Below, piece after piece: positions 10,903-21,231 of a stretch of DNA of 64,000 nucleotides. Both the position numbers and the translations under genes were made by a program. This DNA comes from a bacterium (lineage in GTDB: Bacteria; Electryoneota; Electryoneia; Electryoneales; Electryoneaceae): the NCBI GenBank assembly GCA_963669175.1, contig OY769902.1, forward strand, positions 1,056,001 through 1,120,000, read 5' to 3'. Position 1 is the stretch's first letter; every line of letters begins with the position of its first letter. Below the pieces are notes generated by a model. That model was not told where the DNA came from, made no database searches, and was given only the letters and a program-made list of their open reading frames with translations.

Positions 10903-12135
10903 ATGAATCAAGCGGTTGTCGATGCGATTTCTCAGATCATTCGCGACAAGGACATTGACCGCGAGGCGTTTCAGGACATCATTGAATCGGTGTTCCTAAA
11001 GGCGATCGAGAAGAGGTACGGAACCAGCGATAATTTCTCGGTGATTTTCAACATCGACAAGGGCGACATTGAAATTTACGCTGAGAAGTTGGTGGTTGAG
11101 GACGGTGAGGTGGAAGATGAAGCCACTGAAATCGAACTGTCCAGGGCTGTTGAAATTGACCCCGATCTCGAGGTGGGCGACGAGTTTGTGGAAGTAATTG
11201 ATTTTCACAAATTCGGTCGTCGGTTGATTATCTCTGCCAAGCAGAACCTGATCCAGAAGATCAAGGAAATCGAAAAGGCGAACCTGTACGATGAATTCTC
11301 CAAGCGTATCGGGGAAATTGTCATCGGGGACATTCACCAGATCAACAAGCATGAGCTTCGGATCAATATTGACAAAACAGAAGTTATCATGCCCCAGAGC
11401 GAACAGATTTATAATGAACGCTATCGTCGTGGGCAGTCGGTAAAGGCCATTATCACATCCGTGCGAGAGACAAACCGTGATCCGGAAATCATTGTCTCAC
11501 GCAAGAGTCCGTTATTTGTAAAGCGTTTGTTTGAGCTTGAAGTGCCAGAAATTTTTGACAGCATTGTCGAGATCAAAGATATCGCCCGTGAAGCCGGTGA
11601 CCGTACGAAGATCGCAGTTGAATCCAATGATCGTCGTGTGGATCCGGTAGGCGCCTGTGTCGGTATGAAGGGCGTTCGAATCCAGGCGATTGTTCGTGAA
11701 TTAAACAATGAAAAAATCGACATCATTCACTGGACCAACGACCGTGAACTGATGGTTCGTCGCAGTCTTGCACCGGTTATTCCGGTAGAGATCATCTTCC
11801 ATGATCCGGACCAGCGTTGCACCGTCGTGATTCCGGATGACCAGATGTCTATCGCAATTGGCCGTCGTGGTCAGAATATTCGTCTGGCCAGTCAGATCAC
11901 CGGACATGAAATCGAGCCGGTGAAGGAAAGCGAATACTATGTGGAAGAGCTTTCCCTTGCGGATGTGGATGAACTGACAGAAGAATGGCGTGAATTATTG
12001 ACCAAGGCTGGATACAATTCGGCCGAAGAAGTGCTGGATGCGGGCAAGGATGCCTTGATCCAGATTGAAGCTCTTGATGAAGAACAAACAGAAAAGATAT
12101 TGACAATTCTTGGCTCGTATTTCGAGCAGGAATAG
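10903..12135 (+). CDS. nusA: Transcription termination factor NusA
   Basis: LFELEVPEI, REAGDRTKIAV, DPVGACVGMKGVRIQ, AIGRRGQNIRLA. Confidence 0.98.
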   Translation: MNQAVVDAISQIIRDKDIDREAFQDIIESVFLKAIEKRYGTSDNFSVIFNIDKGDIEIYAEKLVVEDGEVEDEATEIELSRAVEIDPDLEVGDEFVEVIDFHKFGRRLIISAKQNLIQKIKEIEKANLYDEFSKRIGEIVIGDIHQINKHELRINIDKTEVIMPQSEQIYNERYRRGQSVKAIITSVRETNRDPEIIVSRKSPLFVKRLFELEVPEIFDSIVEIKDIAREAGDRTKIAVESNDRRVDPVGACVGMKGVRIQAIVRELNNEKIDIIHWTNDRELMVRRSLAPVIPVEIIFHDPDQRCTVVIPDDQMSIAIGRRGQNIRLASQITGHEIEPVKESEYYVEELSLADVDELTEEWRELLTKAGYNSAEEVLDAGKDALIQIEALDEEQTEKILTILGSYFEQE

Positions 12136-12158
12136 ACGGGAAGCACACGGAGTAGGAT

Positions 12159-14948
12159 TTGGCGGCGAAAAAAGCCCGCAAATTGTTCCAGGTAGCAAAG
12201 GAACTGAACCTTGCACTAGATACGTTAACCAACGAACTGGATTCGCAAGGATTTGAGGCTACCAAGAGGCAGATGACCCCCATCCCAGATGAGGTGTACC
12301 AGTCTCTGCTCAAGCGTTTTGCGCCGGATCGATGGGCGGAACTTCAGGCAGAAGAAGAGCGTCGTGAAACAGAAGCCAAGGCCCGGGAAACGAAAGAGAT
12401 CCGGGACGCTGAGCTTCAGAAAATCTATGAGGCGCCGGCACCGGAGAAGTCACCAGCAGCTCCTGCAAAGAAGCGGCCGTCCGTACGGTCGATTTCTGCT
12501 GATGACGTTATCCCGGTTCCACCACCTGAAGCGAAAGTTCCTGAAGCTGAAAAGCCGGCCGCGAAGCAACAGGAGGCGAAGCCAGCTCCTGTAGAAGAGG
12601 CCAGGCAGGCGCCGGGGGGCGAACAGGAAGAAAAGCCTGCAGAGCAGCCCCGGGAAAAACGCAAGACGCGCAAGAAAACCACCAGTCCGAGTGTGCGCCA
12701 GGCGCCGGCAGAAATGCCCGCTGCCGAGACTGAAGAGCAGGTGAAGGGAAAAGAAAGGCATAAAGCCAAGCCGGCAGCGCGGTTGTCTGTTCGTGGCGCT
12801 GTCAGCAATGATGATATTGTTCAGTATACGCCTCCGCCCAAGGAGGAAAAGCCGGAAACACCACCGCCGCCGCCGTCCGCGCCTCGCAAAACCAGCGAGG
12901 AAGAGGACGAGGAAGGCGCCAAGCGCAAGCGTAAACGCAAGCGCAAGACGCGCAAGACGGAAGACAAGCCGCAGCAGGAACAGGCTACAAGCGCCAAGGG
13001 TGGTGGCTGGGTCGCTACCGGAAAGAGTTCCAAGCGCAAGCGTAAACGCGACAAGAAAAAGAAAGTCGACGTCAAAGAGGTCCAGGATTCCGTCCGGAAG
13101 ACCCTTGCCGCCATGGATGATCGCGGCAAGAAACGCAGGAAGCGCAAGATCACATCCGATGTCGGTATGGTCGATGATGAGACCAACCTGCTGAAGGTGA
13201 CAGAGTTTGTATCAACTTCCGAGCTTGCACAATTGATGGATGTTGCAGTCACGGAGTTGATCAAGGAATGTATGCTTCTTGGCCTGCGTGTGACCATCAA
13301 CCAGCGTCTTGAAAAAGACACGATTGAATTGCTGGCTGAAGAACACGGTTACAAAGTTGAATTCATCGACCAGGTGGACGACGAAGATATCGCGGGTGAA
13401 GAGGAAGAAGAGGATGACGGTGAATTGATGCCACGTCCTCCGGTTGTTACCGTCATGGGTCACGTTGACCACGGTAAAACCTCCTTGCTCGACTATATCC
13501 GCAGTACGCAGGTCGTAGCCGGTGAAGCGGGTGGTATCACCCAGCATATCGGCGCGTATGAAATTGAATACGACGAAAAGAAGATCACCTTCCTGGATAC
13601 ACCGGGCCACGAAGCGTTTACCGCTATGCGTGCCCGTGGCGCCCAGGCAACCGATATTGTTGTGCTGGTTATCGCTGCTGATGACCAGGTGATGCCTCAG
13701 ACCGTTGAAGCGATTGACCACGCCAAGGCGGCCAATGTGCCGATGGTGGTGGCGATCAACAAGATGGATAAGGCCGGCGCTAATCCGACCAAGGTGAAGC
13801 GTCAGCTCGCCGACATGAATGTGGTCGTGGAAGAGTTCGGCGGTGATGTACAGATCGCTGAAGTGTCTGCCAAGTCCGGTATGGGCATTGAAGATTTGCT
13901 GGCGAAAATCCTGATTGCTGCAGAAATGCTGGAACTCCAGGCGGTTCAGGATGCTCCGGCGCGAGGTGTTGTGGTAGAATCACGGCTGGACAAGGGACGT
14001 GGCACCATCTGTACCGTACTGGTGCAGAAGGGCACGCTGCATGAACACGATGTGTTCGTTGCCGGACCGTACTTCGGTCGTGTGCGTGCCATGTTTGACG
14101 AGCGTGGCAAGAAGAAAACGGAAGCAAAGCCGGGTCAGCCGGTTGAGATTACCGGTTTCGAATCGGCTCCGCATGTGGGCGACTCCTTTATCGTATATGT
14201 GAACGAAAAGGAAGCGCGCGATATCGCATCCAAACGTCAGCTTCAGCTTCGTGAACAGGAAATGCGTCTGAAGGAAAGCTTCAGCAAACCGAGTTTTCTG
14301 ACTACACTTGAAGGCAGCGAGAAGAAGATCCTGAACCTGATCATCAAGGGTGACGTGGACGGCTCAGTTGAAGCCATTGCTGATGCGTTGATGCGTTTGT
14401 CTACTACCGAAGTGGAAGTGAAGATTATTCACCGAAGCGTAGGCCCGATCAACGAATCCAACGTGCTGTTGGCCAGCGCCTCACACGCCCTGATTATCGG
14501 ATTTAATGTTCACCCGAACCTGAACGCTCGTGAAATGGCGGCACGTGAAAGCGTGACTTATCGCACCTATCGCGTCATTTACGAACTGATTGAAGATATC
14601 AAGGCCGACATCATCGGCATGCACCGTCGTGAATTCGAAGAACAGGTGCTGGGTACGATTGAGGTGCGTGACCTGTTCAAGATCAGCCGTATCGGCACCA
14701 TCGCCGGTTGCCATGTGGTGCAGGGCAAGATTGACCGTTCCAACAAGGTTCGCGTGATCCGCGATGGCTCGGAAATCTACCACGGTGATATTGATACGTT
14801 AAAGCGTTTCAAGGACGACGTGAAGGAAGTGCAGCAGGGCTACGATTGCGGTATCAAGGTTGCCAACTTCAACGACATCAAGGTGGGTGACGTTCTGGAA
14901 TCCTACCACATGGTTGAAGTGGAACGTGAGATCGAGGTAGAAGGATAA
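12159..14948 (+). CDS. infB: Translation initiation factor IF-2
   Basis: [28 protein letters not shown] start. Confidence 0.98.
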   Translation: MAAKKARKLFQVAKELNLALDTLTNELDSQGFEATKRQMTPIPDEVYQSLLKRFAPDRWAELQAEEERRETEAKARETKEIRDAELQKIYEAPAPEKSPAAPAKKRPSVRSISADDVIPVPPPEAKVPEAEKPAAKQQEAKPAPVEEARQAPGGEQEEKPAEQPREKRKTRKKTTSPSVRQAPAEMPAAETEEQVKGKERHKAKPAARLSVRGAVSNDDIVQYTPPPKEEKPETPPPPPSAPRKTSEEEDEEGAKRKRKRKRKTRKTEDKPQQEQATSAKGGGWVATGKSSKRKRKRDKKKKVDVKEVQDSVRKTLAAMDDRGKKRRKRKITSDVGMVDDETNLLKVTEFVSTSELAQLMDVAVTELIKECMLLGLRVTINQRLEKDTIELLAEEHGYKVEFIDQVDDEDIAGEEEEEDDGELMPRPPVVTVMGHVDHGKTSLLDYIRSTQVVAGEAGGITQHIGAYEIEYDEKKITFLDTPGHEAFTAMRARGAQATDIVVLVIAADDQVMPQTVEAIDHAKAANVPMVVAINKMDKAGANPTKVKRQLADMNVVVEEFGGDVQIAEVSAKSGMGIEDLLAKILIAAEMLELQAVQDAPARGVVVESRLDKGRGTICTVLVQKGTLHEHDVFVAGPYFGRVRAMFDERGKKKTEAKPGQPVEITGFESAPHVGDSFIVYVNEKEARDIASKRQLQLREQEMRLKESFSKPSFLTTLEGSEKKILNLIIKGDVDGSVEAIADALMRLSTTEVEVKIIHRSVGPINESNVLLASASHALIIGFNVHPNLNAREMAARESVTYRTYRVIYELIEDIKADIIGMHRREFEEQVLGTIEVRDLFKISRIGTIAGCHVVQGKIDRSNKVRVIRDGSEIYHGDIDTLKRFKDDVKEVQQGYDCGIKVANFNDIKVGDVLESYHMVEVEREIEVEG

Positions 14949-14949
14949 G

Positions 14950-15237
14950 GTGGCTGCCGCCATCGGACTGCTGGAGCTGGATATTCTGATTCCCGGCTCA
15001 ACGTCATTGAAAGATAAACGAAAAGTCATTCGTTCATTGAAAGACAAGCTTCGCGAACGGTATAATGTATCGGTCGCCGAAGTTGACTACCAGGACCTGG
15101 TGGGGCGTTGTCACCTTGCAGTTGTTACGGTTGCTCCGGATTGCAGCAAAGCGCAGGAGCGACTGGATGCTGCGGCAAGGCTGGCAGATTCCATACCTGG
15201 CGCCGTAGTCCGTGAACAAATGGTGCAGTTTCTCTAG
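14950..15237 (+). CDS. DUF503 (YlxP) family protein
   Basis: SLKDKRKVIRSLKDKL..YNVSVAEVD; canonical position between infB and rbfA. Confidence 0.9.
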   Translation: MAAAIGLLELDILIPGSTSLKDKRKVIRSLKDKLRERYNVSVAEVDYQDLVGRCHLAVVTVAPDCSKAQERLDAAARLADSIPGAVVREQMVQFL

Positions 15238-15350
15238 AAGTTGGAAAGTTTAAAAGTTTAAAAGTTCAAAAGTTATTGAATGGTAACTAAAGAGTCATTG
15301 TTGTAGACGCAAAATAGATATTTCAGTAACTTTGTAACTTTCAAACTTGA
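15238..15350. repeat. Inverted AAAGTT 8-mer array
   Basis: aagttggaaagtttaaaagtttaaaagttcaaaagtta ... taactttgtaactttcaaactt. Confidence 0.7.
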
Positions 15351-15369
15351 AAAAGCGGTATAAAGACGG

Positions 15370-15765
15370 ATGAAAATACCGAAGAAGACACGCTCTTACA
15401 GACTTGGAGCAGAGATACAAAAGATCGTCGGAGAATTTCTCCGTCGTGAGATAGAGCCCTATTTTCCGGGCAGCCTGGTAACGGTGACGGAAATACGGGT
15501 ATCGGATGATTTCAAAGTCGCGGGGATATATGTATCGATCAACCCCGCTGAAGATACGGACGAACGGGATATCCAACGGGCGGCGGTAAAACGGTTGCCC
15601 GGCTTACGCAAGGCAGTGGCCCAACAGATTCGCATGCGTAAGATCCCTGAGTTTCGCTTTTTCTGGGACGACACATTGGAACGTGCTGACCGGATTGAGC
15701 AGTTGTTGAACCAAATTCACAGCTCCCAATCCCCCCCTGAAGAGGAACCGGGTGCCGAGACCTGA
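15370..15765 (+). CDS. rbfA: 30S ribosome-binding factor RbfA
   Basis: VTVTEIRVSDD, RMRKIPEFRFFWDDTLE. Confidence 0.93.
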   Translation: MKIPKKTRSYRLGAEIQKIVGEFLRREIEPYFPGSLVTVTEIRVSDDFKVAGIYVSINPAEDTDERDIQRAAVKRLPGLRKAVAQQIRMRKIPEFRFFWDDTLERADRIEQLLNQIHSSQSPPEEEPGAET

Positions 15766-16711
15766 TATTGTACAGGAGATTCTTGGCACTGATGATTTCC
15801 TGGTCACGTGCCACATTTCACCGGATGGCGATGCCATCGGGTCGGTGTTGGCAATGGTCTCGCTCCTGCATGCGCTGGGAAAGAAAGCTACGGGTGTTCT
15901 ACCCGACCCTGCGCCGTTGCGGTACCATTTCCTTGCTGGAGTGTCCGAACTGGTTGTCGTAGATGATACGTCAAATCATCCTGCTTACAAGGCTGCTGTT
16001 ATCCTTGACGCGGGTGAGTTTGGTCGTATCGGGCAGGTAGCGCCCCTGGTCGGCGATGGCGTGAAAGTGATCAACATTGATCATCACACGTCCAACGACG
16101 GTTTTGGCGACGCAGCCTGGGTTGACGCTTCAGCCAGTGCGACCTCGGAAATGTTGCATGATCTGTTCCGTGAGTTCAAGATCACTCCGGACAGGGATGC
16201 CGCGATGGCGATGTACGTCGCGATCATGACCGATACAGGACGGTTCCGTTTCAGCAATACTACGGCGCGGACGTTTGCAACGGCCGCAGCCCTGGTGCAG
16301 CAGGGGGCCAATCCCGCGGTTGCCGCGGAAATGGTGTTCTACACCACTCCCAAGCGCGTGGTCAACACGTTGGCCAAATTCCTGTCCCGGATTGAATTGT
16401 TCGAAAATGGCCGTATTTCGATGTCGAACATCACCCTGGATGAAAAGAATGTGGACACGGAAGGTTTCGTGGACCACATCTCTGCCATTCACGGGGTAGA
16501 AGTCTGTGCCTTGTTGCGTGAAATTGAAAAGGACAAGTTCAAGGTGTCCCTGCGCAGCAATTCAGACGAAATTGATGTTGCGGCTATTGCGGCTGAGATG
16601 GGTGGCGGAGGCCACAAGAAAGCGGCCGGATGCCGGGTCAGCGGTACTTTGAGCCAGAGTAAAGAGATCCTCTTATCAGCGCTGAAACAAGCCATGAACG
16701 GCAAGGCATAA
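15752..16711 (+). CDS. nrnA: DHH family phosphoesterase (NrnA-like)
   Basis: HISPDGDAIGS, NIDHH, TDTGRF, GGGGHKKAAG. Confidence 0.9.
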   Translation: MPRPDIVQEILGTDDFLVTCHISPDGDAIGSVLAMVSLLHALGKKATGVLPDPAPLRYHFLAGVSELVVVDDTSNHPAYKAAVILDAGEFGRIGQVAPLVGDGVKVINIDHHTSNDGFGDAAWVDASASATSEMLHDLFREFKITPDRDAAMAMYVAIMTDTGRFRFSNTTARTFATAAALVQQGANPAVAAEMVFYTTPKRVVNTLAKFLSRIELFENGRISMSNITLDEKNVDTEGFVDHISAIHGVEVCALLREIEKDKFKVSLRSNSDEIDVAAIAAEMGGGGHKKAAGCRVSGTLSQSKEILLSALKQAMNGKA

Positions 16712-17376
16712 TCCGGACGCCGGATGGTGTTTTCATCCTGATTGATAAACCGTCAGGCTGGACATCGTTCGATGTGTGTTCACGGATTCGCTCGGTTACC
16801 GGTGAAAACCGTGTCGGCCATGCCGGGGCGCTGGATCCGATGGCGACCGGTTTGCTGGTTGTGGCGCTTGGCAGCGCGACAACGTCCCTGACCGGGGGGC
16901 TGGCCGGCTCGAAAGAATACCTGGCTACGATCAAGCTGGGCAGACTGAGCGAGACCTGGGACAGTGACGCGCCGTGGTCCCTTGAAGCGAAAGTGCCGGT
17001 CTTTGACGAAGATATCCTGCGAATGACGTTGCGCGAAATCCGTGACGCGGGTAAACAGACTCCGCCCATGGTCGCTGCGGTCAAACGCAAAGGGATCAAG
17101 ATATACAAGCTGGCCCATCGTGGCTGGTGGATGGAACGGGAATCTCGTCCCGTTGAGATTGACAGGTTGGAAATGGTCGAGTATCGTCCCGAGGCAGGTG
17201 AGATTGATGTCGTTATTGCCGGTAGCGGGGGATTGTATGTGCGGACAGTCGCACATGACCTGGGGGTGTTGCTTGGAGTGCCGGCGTTGCTGGTACAATT
17301 GAGGCGAGTGCGGGTCGGAACCTATTCCGTGGAAGACGCGCTCTACGTAGATGAATTCGAAAGCACTTGGGCATAG
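16708..17376 (+). CDS. truB: tRNA pseudouridine(55) synthase (start uncertain, probably non-canonical)
   Basis: In-frame DGVFILIDKPSGWTSFDV lies upstream of the track ORF. Also GHAGALDPMATG, YLATIKLG, GGLYVRTVAHDLG, LRRVRVG. Confidence 0.88.
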   Translation: MIRTPDGVFILIDKPSGWTSFDVCSRIRSVTGENRVGHAGALDPMATGLLVVALGSATTSLTGGLAGSKEYLATIKLGRLSETWDSDAPWSLEAKVPVFDEDILRMTLREIRDAGKQTPPMVAAVKRKGIKIYKLAHRGWWMERESRPVEIDRLEMVEYRPEAGEIDVVIAGSGGLYVRTVAHDLGVLLGVPALLVQLRRVRVGTYSVEDALYVDEFESTWA

Positions 17377-17382
17377 AAGATC

Positions 17383-18306
17383 ATGCGGGTAGAACGGTTA
17401 GGCACGGAGTCGCTAATCCGCGACGAAAAATCGACGGTTACTATTGGCAGTTATGACGGTGTGCATGTCGGGCACCGGAAAATTCTTGACCTGGTAATCG
17501 AAGGTGGACACAGCACGGTAGTTACGTTTCATCCGCACCCGCAATTGGTGTTGAAGAACCGTCCTGACCGGCTGGAATTATTGACACCGCTGGAAGAGAA
17601 GCTGCGGAAGCTGGAAAAAATCGGGATAAACCGGGTGGTGGTGGTCCCGTTTACAAACGAGTTCGCGTCGTTGTCCGCGCATGACTTCCTGCATGATGTG
17701 CTGGTTGACAAAATCGGACTGAAGCGCATCGTCGTTGGTTTCAATCATGCGTTTGGGCATGATCGTAAAGGCACGACCGAGTACCTTAGAGAGCAGGGAC
17801 AGCATCACGGGTTTGATGTTGTTGTGGTGGATGCGCACACATTGGAAGGCGCCGCGGTCAGCAGCACCCGGATTCGCAAGGCCCTGCGCAGCGGTGATTT
17901 GAAAACCGCCGGGTCTTTCCTGGGTACGCCCTATCGCCTGATCGGGACTGTTGTGTCGGGAAGCAGTCGTGGACGCAAGCTCGGTTTTCCCACGGCGAAC
18001 CTGAACCCGGTCGATCCGGATCAGTTAATTCCTGCGGAAGGCGTATACGCCATCCGTGTGCATGTAGAAGGCAATGTGTACCCAGGGGTTGGCAGCATCG
18101 GGTACAGCACGACTTTCGGCGAGAATCCGCTCAGGATAGAAGCGCATTTGTTCGATGTGGAACTGGACCTGTACGGGAAAAGGATAGCTATTGAATTGCT
18201 GGATTACCTTCGTCCGCAGGAAACCTATCCTGACGCGGACGCCTTGATCCGGCAGATGGAGATAGACAGACGCAAAGCGAAAGAAGCGATAGACGCAGCG
18301 TTATAG
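17383..18306 (+). CDS. ribF: Bifunctional riboflavin kinase/FAD synthetase
   Basis: GSYDGVHVGH, VSSTRIR, GRKLGFPTAN, IEAHLFD. Confidence 0.96.
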   Translation: MRVERLGTESLIRDEKSTVTIGSYDGVHVGHRKILDLVIEGGHSTVVTFHPHPQLVLKNRPDRLELLTPLEEKLRKLEKIGINRVVVVPFTNEFASLSAHDFLHDVLVDKIGLKRIVVGFNHAFGHDRKGTTEYLREQGQHHGFDVVVVDAHTLEGAAVSSTRIRKALRSGDLKTAGSFLGTPYRLIGTVVSGSSRGRKLGFPTANLNPVDPDQLIPAEGVYAIRVHVEGNVYPGVGSIGYSTTFGENPLRIEAHLFDVELDLYGKRIAIELLDYLRPQETYPDADALIRQMEIDRRKAKEAIDAAL

Positions 18307-18374
18307 AGTTGTTAAGCAAAGTCGCACCATAAAGTGCAAAACATTTCATACAGAAGGTAGAAGGAGAAAGAAAG

Positions 18375-18644
18375 ATGCCATTGACGAAAGAAGCAAAGGC
18401 AGAACTGGTCAAGACGTACGGCAGCAACGACCAGGATACCGGCCGTACCGAAGTGCAGATCGCATTGTTGACCGCACGGATTCAGGAGCTTACGGACCAT
18501 TTCCGTACGCACAAGAAGGATCACCATTCCCGTCGCGGCTTGCTGCAGATGGTTGGCAAGCGCCGCAGGTTGCTTGATTACCTCAAGAAGAACGACATCC
18601 AGGGATACCGTGACCTGATCAAGAAACTCGGAATCCGCCGGTAA
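18375..18644 (+). CDS. rpsO: 30S ribosomal protein S15
   Basis: [30 protein letters not shown]. Confidence 0.98.
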   Translation: MPLTKEAKAELVKTYGSNDQDTGRTEVQIALLTARIQELTDHFRTHKKDHHSRRGLLQMVGKRRRLLDYLKKNDIQGYRDLIKKLGIRR

Positions 18645-18685
18645 CGCGTCGGCACGAACAAGTGCTACGGCACACGGAGGAATGC

Positions 18686-20914
18686 ATGGTAGTAAAGAAA
18701 TCGATCGAATTAGGCGGTCGGACACTTTCCATTGAAGTGGGCAAAGTTGCGAAGCAGGCTGACGGCGCTGCATGGATTCAGTACGGGGACACCATTATCC
18801 TCGCTACTGTCGTATCCAAGAAAGAGCTGTCGGACAATACGGACTTCTTCCCGCTTTCAGTGGATTTCCGCGAGAAGATGTTTGCTGGCGGCAGGATTCC
18901 CGGTGGCTTCTTCAAGCGTGAAGCGCGGCCTCACGAGAAGGAAGTTCTGACTTCCCGTCTCATTGACCGTCCCATCCGGCCTCTTTTCCCGAAGGGCTAT
19001 TATTATGAAACCCAGGTACTGATTACAGTACTGTCTCATGATGGTGTCACAGACGCCGACATCCTTGGTGGCATTGGCGCTTCAACCGCCATTCAAGTGT
19101 CCGACATTCCTTTCGAGCAGGGATGTGCGTCGGTAAAGATCGCCCGCATTGACGGCGAGCTGATCCTGAATCCGACCATCGAACAGCTTGAACACACCGA
19201 TATCGACATGATCGTTGGCGGCACCAAAGAAGCCATCACCATGGTCGAAGGTGAAGCGAAAGAGATCAACGAAGACGAGTTTATCGCTGCTATCGATTTT
19301 GCCCACGAATACATCAAGCAGATCATTGAACTGCAAGATGCAATCGCGGCGGAAATCGGCAAGCCCAAGCGTGAATGGGTAGCGATTGAAGTCACCCCGG
19401 AAATCGAAGAAGCAGTTCGCAAGGTTGCCTGGGATGATGTCAGCAAAGCCGTCCAGATCCAGGAGAAGGTCGAACGCAAGCAGGCCATTTCTGCGATCAA
19501 GGACAGCATGAAGGAGCAGTTCGCCGAGCAGTTCCCGGAACAGGAAAAGACCATTTCCTGGGCAGTGGAAAAGCTGGTCAAGGAAGCCATGCGGGAGAAC
19601 GTACTGGACAAGAAGGTGCGTCTGGATGGCCGTGGCACTCGTGACATCCGTGCCATTACCGCAGAAGTTGGCTTGCTGCCCCGCGTACACGGTTCCGCCC
19701 TCTTCACCCGTGGTCAGACCCAATCCCTGGGCACCTGTACCCTGGGCACCAAGATGGACGAGCAGAAGATCGACGACCTGGACGGCAACTTCTGGAAGAC
19801 GTTCATGCTTCACTACAATTTCCCGCCGTTCTGCACGGGTGAAGTGAAGAAGAACCTCGGTACCGGACGTCGTGAGCAGGGGCATGGTCACCTGGCAGAG
19901 CGCGCCATCAAGGCGATGTTGCCCAAGTGGGAAGATTTCCCCTACACCATTCGCCTGGTCAGTGATATTCTGGAGTCCAACGGTTCCAGCTCCATGGCGA
20001 CTGTCTGCTCCGGCTCCCTGGCCGCGATGGACGCCGGTGTTCCGCTGAAGAAGTCGGTTGCCGGTATCGCGATGGGCCTGATCAAGAGCGAAGACAAGTA
20101 CGTTATCCTGTCCGACATCCTGGGTGATGAAGACCACCTGGGCGACATGGACTTCAAGGTTGCGGGTACCTGCGACGGTATCACCGCATTCCAGATGGAT
20201 ATCAAGATCAAGGGCCTGTCCCGTGACATCATGACAGAAGCCCTGGCCCAGGCCAAAGAAGGCCGTCTGCATATCCTGGGTATCATGGATGCAGCATTAT
20301 CCACGCCGCGCGAGAAGGTATCCCTGCTGGCGCCGCGTATTGCCTTCATGCACATTGATCCGGAACAGATCGGCATGGTGATCGGCCCCGGTGGACGCAC
20401 CATTCGCCAGATTCAGTCGGAATATAACGTGAACATCGACATCGACGATGATGGCACCCTTTGCATTTCATCGAACGATGATGAAGGTTCGCGCCTGGCT
20501 ACCGAGCTGTTGAAGAACATGACTCGTGAGCCGGAAGTCGGCGAAGTTTACAAGGCCAAGGTCATGAAGATCACCGATTTCGGCGCATTCTGCGAGATCT
20601 TCCCCGGCAAAGAAGGACTGGTACACATTTCCGAGTTGGAATGGCACCGTGTCGGTAAGGTCGAAGATGTGGTCCAGGTCGGTGACATCATTGAAGTCAA
20701 GCTGGTCAACATCAACGACCAGGGCAAGCTGGACCTGTCCCGCAAAATCCTGCTTCCGAAGCCGGAAGGCTACAAGGAACGTCCCCCGCGTCAGGGTGGT
20801 ACCGGCGGCGGTCGTCCCGGTGGCGGCAAGCCCCCGTATAAGGGTGGCAACCGCAGTGGTGGCAGTGGCGGCAACCGTGGCCCGAAAAGCGGCGGTGGCA
20901 ACCGCAAGTTCTAG
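18686..20914 (+). CDS. pnp: Polyribonucleotide nucleotidyltransferase
   Basis: FFPLSVDFRE, RLIDRPIRP, ESNGSSSMA, GDMDFKVAG, KH and S1 domains, Gly-rich tail. Start ATG 18686 after ggagg. Confidence 0.98.
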   Translation: MVVKKSIELGGRTLSIEVGKVAKQADGAAWIQYGDTIILATVVSKKELSDNTDFFPLSVDFREKMFAGGRIPGGFFKREARPHEKEVLTSRLIDRPIRPLFPKGYYYETQVLITVLSHDGVTDADILGGIGASTAIQVSDIPFEQGCASVKIARIDGELILNPTIEQLEHTDIDMIVGGTKEAITMVEGEAKEINEDEFIAAIDFAHEYIKQIIELQDAIAAEIGKPKREWVAIEVTPEIEEAVRKVAWDDVSKAVQIQEKVERKQAISAIKDSMKEQFAEQFPEQEKTISWAVEKLVKEAMRENVLDKKVRLDGRGTRDIRAITAEVGLLPRVHGSALFTRGQTQSLGTCTLGTKMDEQKIDDLDGNFWKTFMLHYNFPPFCTGEVKKNLGTGRREQGHGHLAERAIKAMLPKWEDFPYTIRLVSDILESNGSSSMATVCSGSLAAMDAGVPLKKSVAGIAMGLIKSEDKYVILSDILGDEDHLGDMDFKVAGTCDGITAFQMDIKIKGLSRDIMTEALAQAKEGRLHILGIMDAALSTPREKVSLLAPRIAFMHIDPEQIGMVIGPGGRTIRQIQSEYNVNIDIDDDGTLCISSNDDEGSRLATELLKNMTREPEVGEVYKAKVMKITDFGAFCEIFPGKEGLVHISELEWHRVGKVEDVVQVGDIIEVKLVNINDQGKLDLSRKILLPKPEGYKERPPRQGGTGGGRPGGGKPPYKGGNRSGGSGGNRGPKSGGGNRKF

Positions 20915-20924
20915 ACTGGTTTAA

Positions 20925-21102
20925 CCGTCAGGTCACACGGCCGCGTAGCCGCGACCGCAAGACCTGACGGAACGCTGTTGATCTGGCCGCAAGACCTGAC
21001 GGAACGCTGTTGATCTGGCAGCAAGACCGGACGGAACATTGACAGGGACTGTATTGCTTGTTGTGTCAGGTCTTGAAGCGCGAAGCGGTTTGTGACCTGA
21101 CA
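20925..21102. repeat. GTCAGGTC/GACCTGAC REP-like doublet with an internal 32-bp tandem repeat
   Basis: Two gtcaggtc...gacctgac hairpins. Unit gcaagacctgacggaacgctgttgatctggc starts at 20957, 20989 and 21021 (partial). Homologous to the reverse complement of 38429-38574. Confidence 0.8.
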
Positions 21103-21231
21103 CTTGAAAGAGATTGTGTTGATAAATTCATCGGGTGGGTGGTGAAGCTGCCACTCACCCGGTTTGTTTTCACGAAAAACCTGGCCTGACCTCACGCGGT
21201 CTGTCCTGTTTTTCGAACCTTGAGGGAATAC

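Noticed and set aside
19082-20272. Long antisense ORFs (also 23038-24090, 26826-27812, 36091-37323, 53500-54369)
   Set aside because: These are shadows of strongly codon-biased genes on the opposite strand and have no recognisable motifs.
20770-20914. Gly-rich repetitive PNPase tail
   Set aside because: Low-complexity C-terminal tails are common in PNPases.
20957-21037. 32-bp direct repeats as a possible CRISPR array
   Set aside because: The units are contiguous with no unique spacers, and there are no cas genes in the window.
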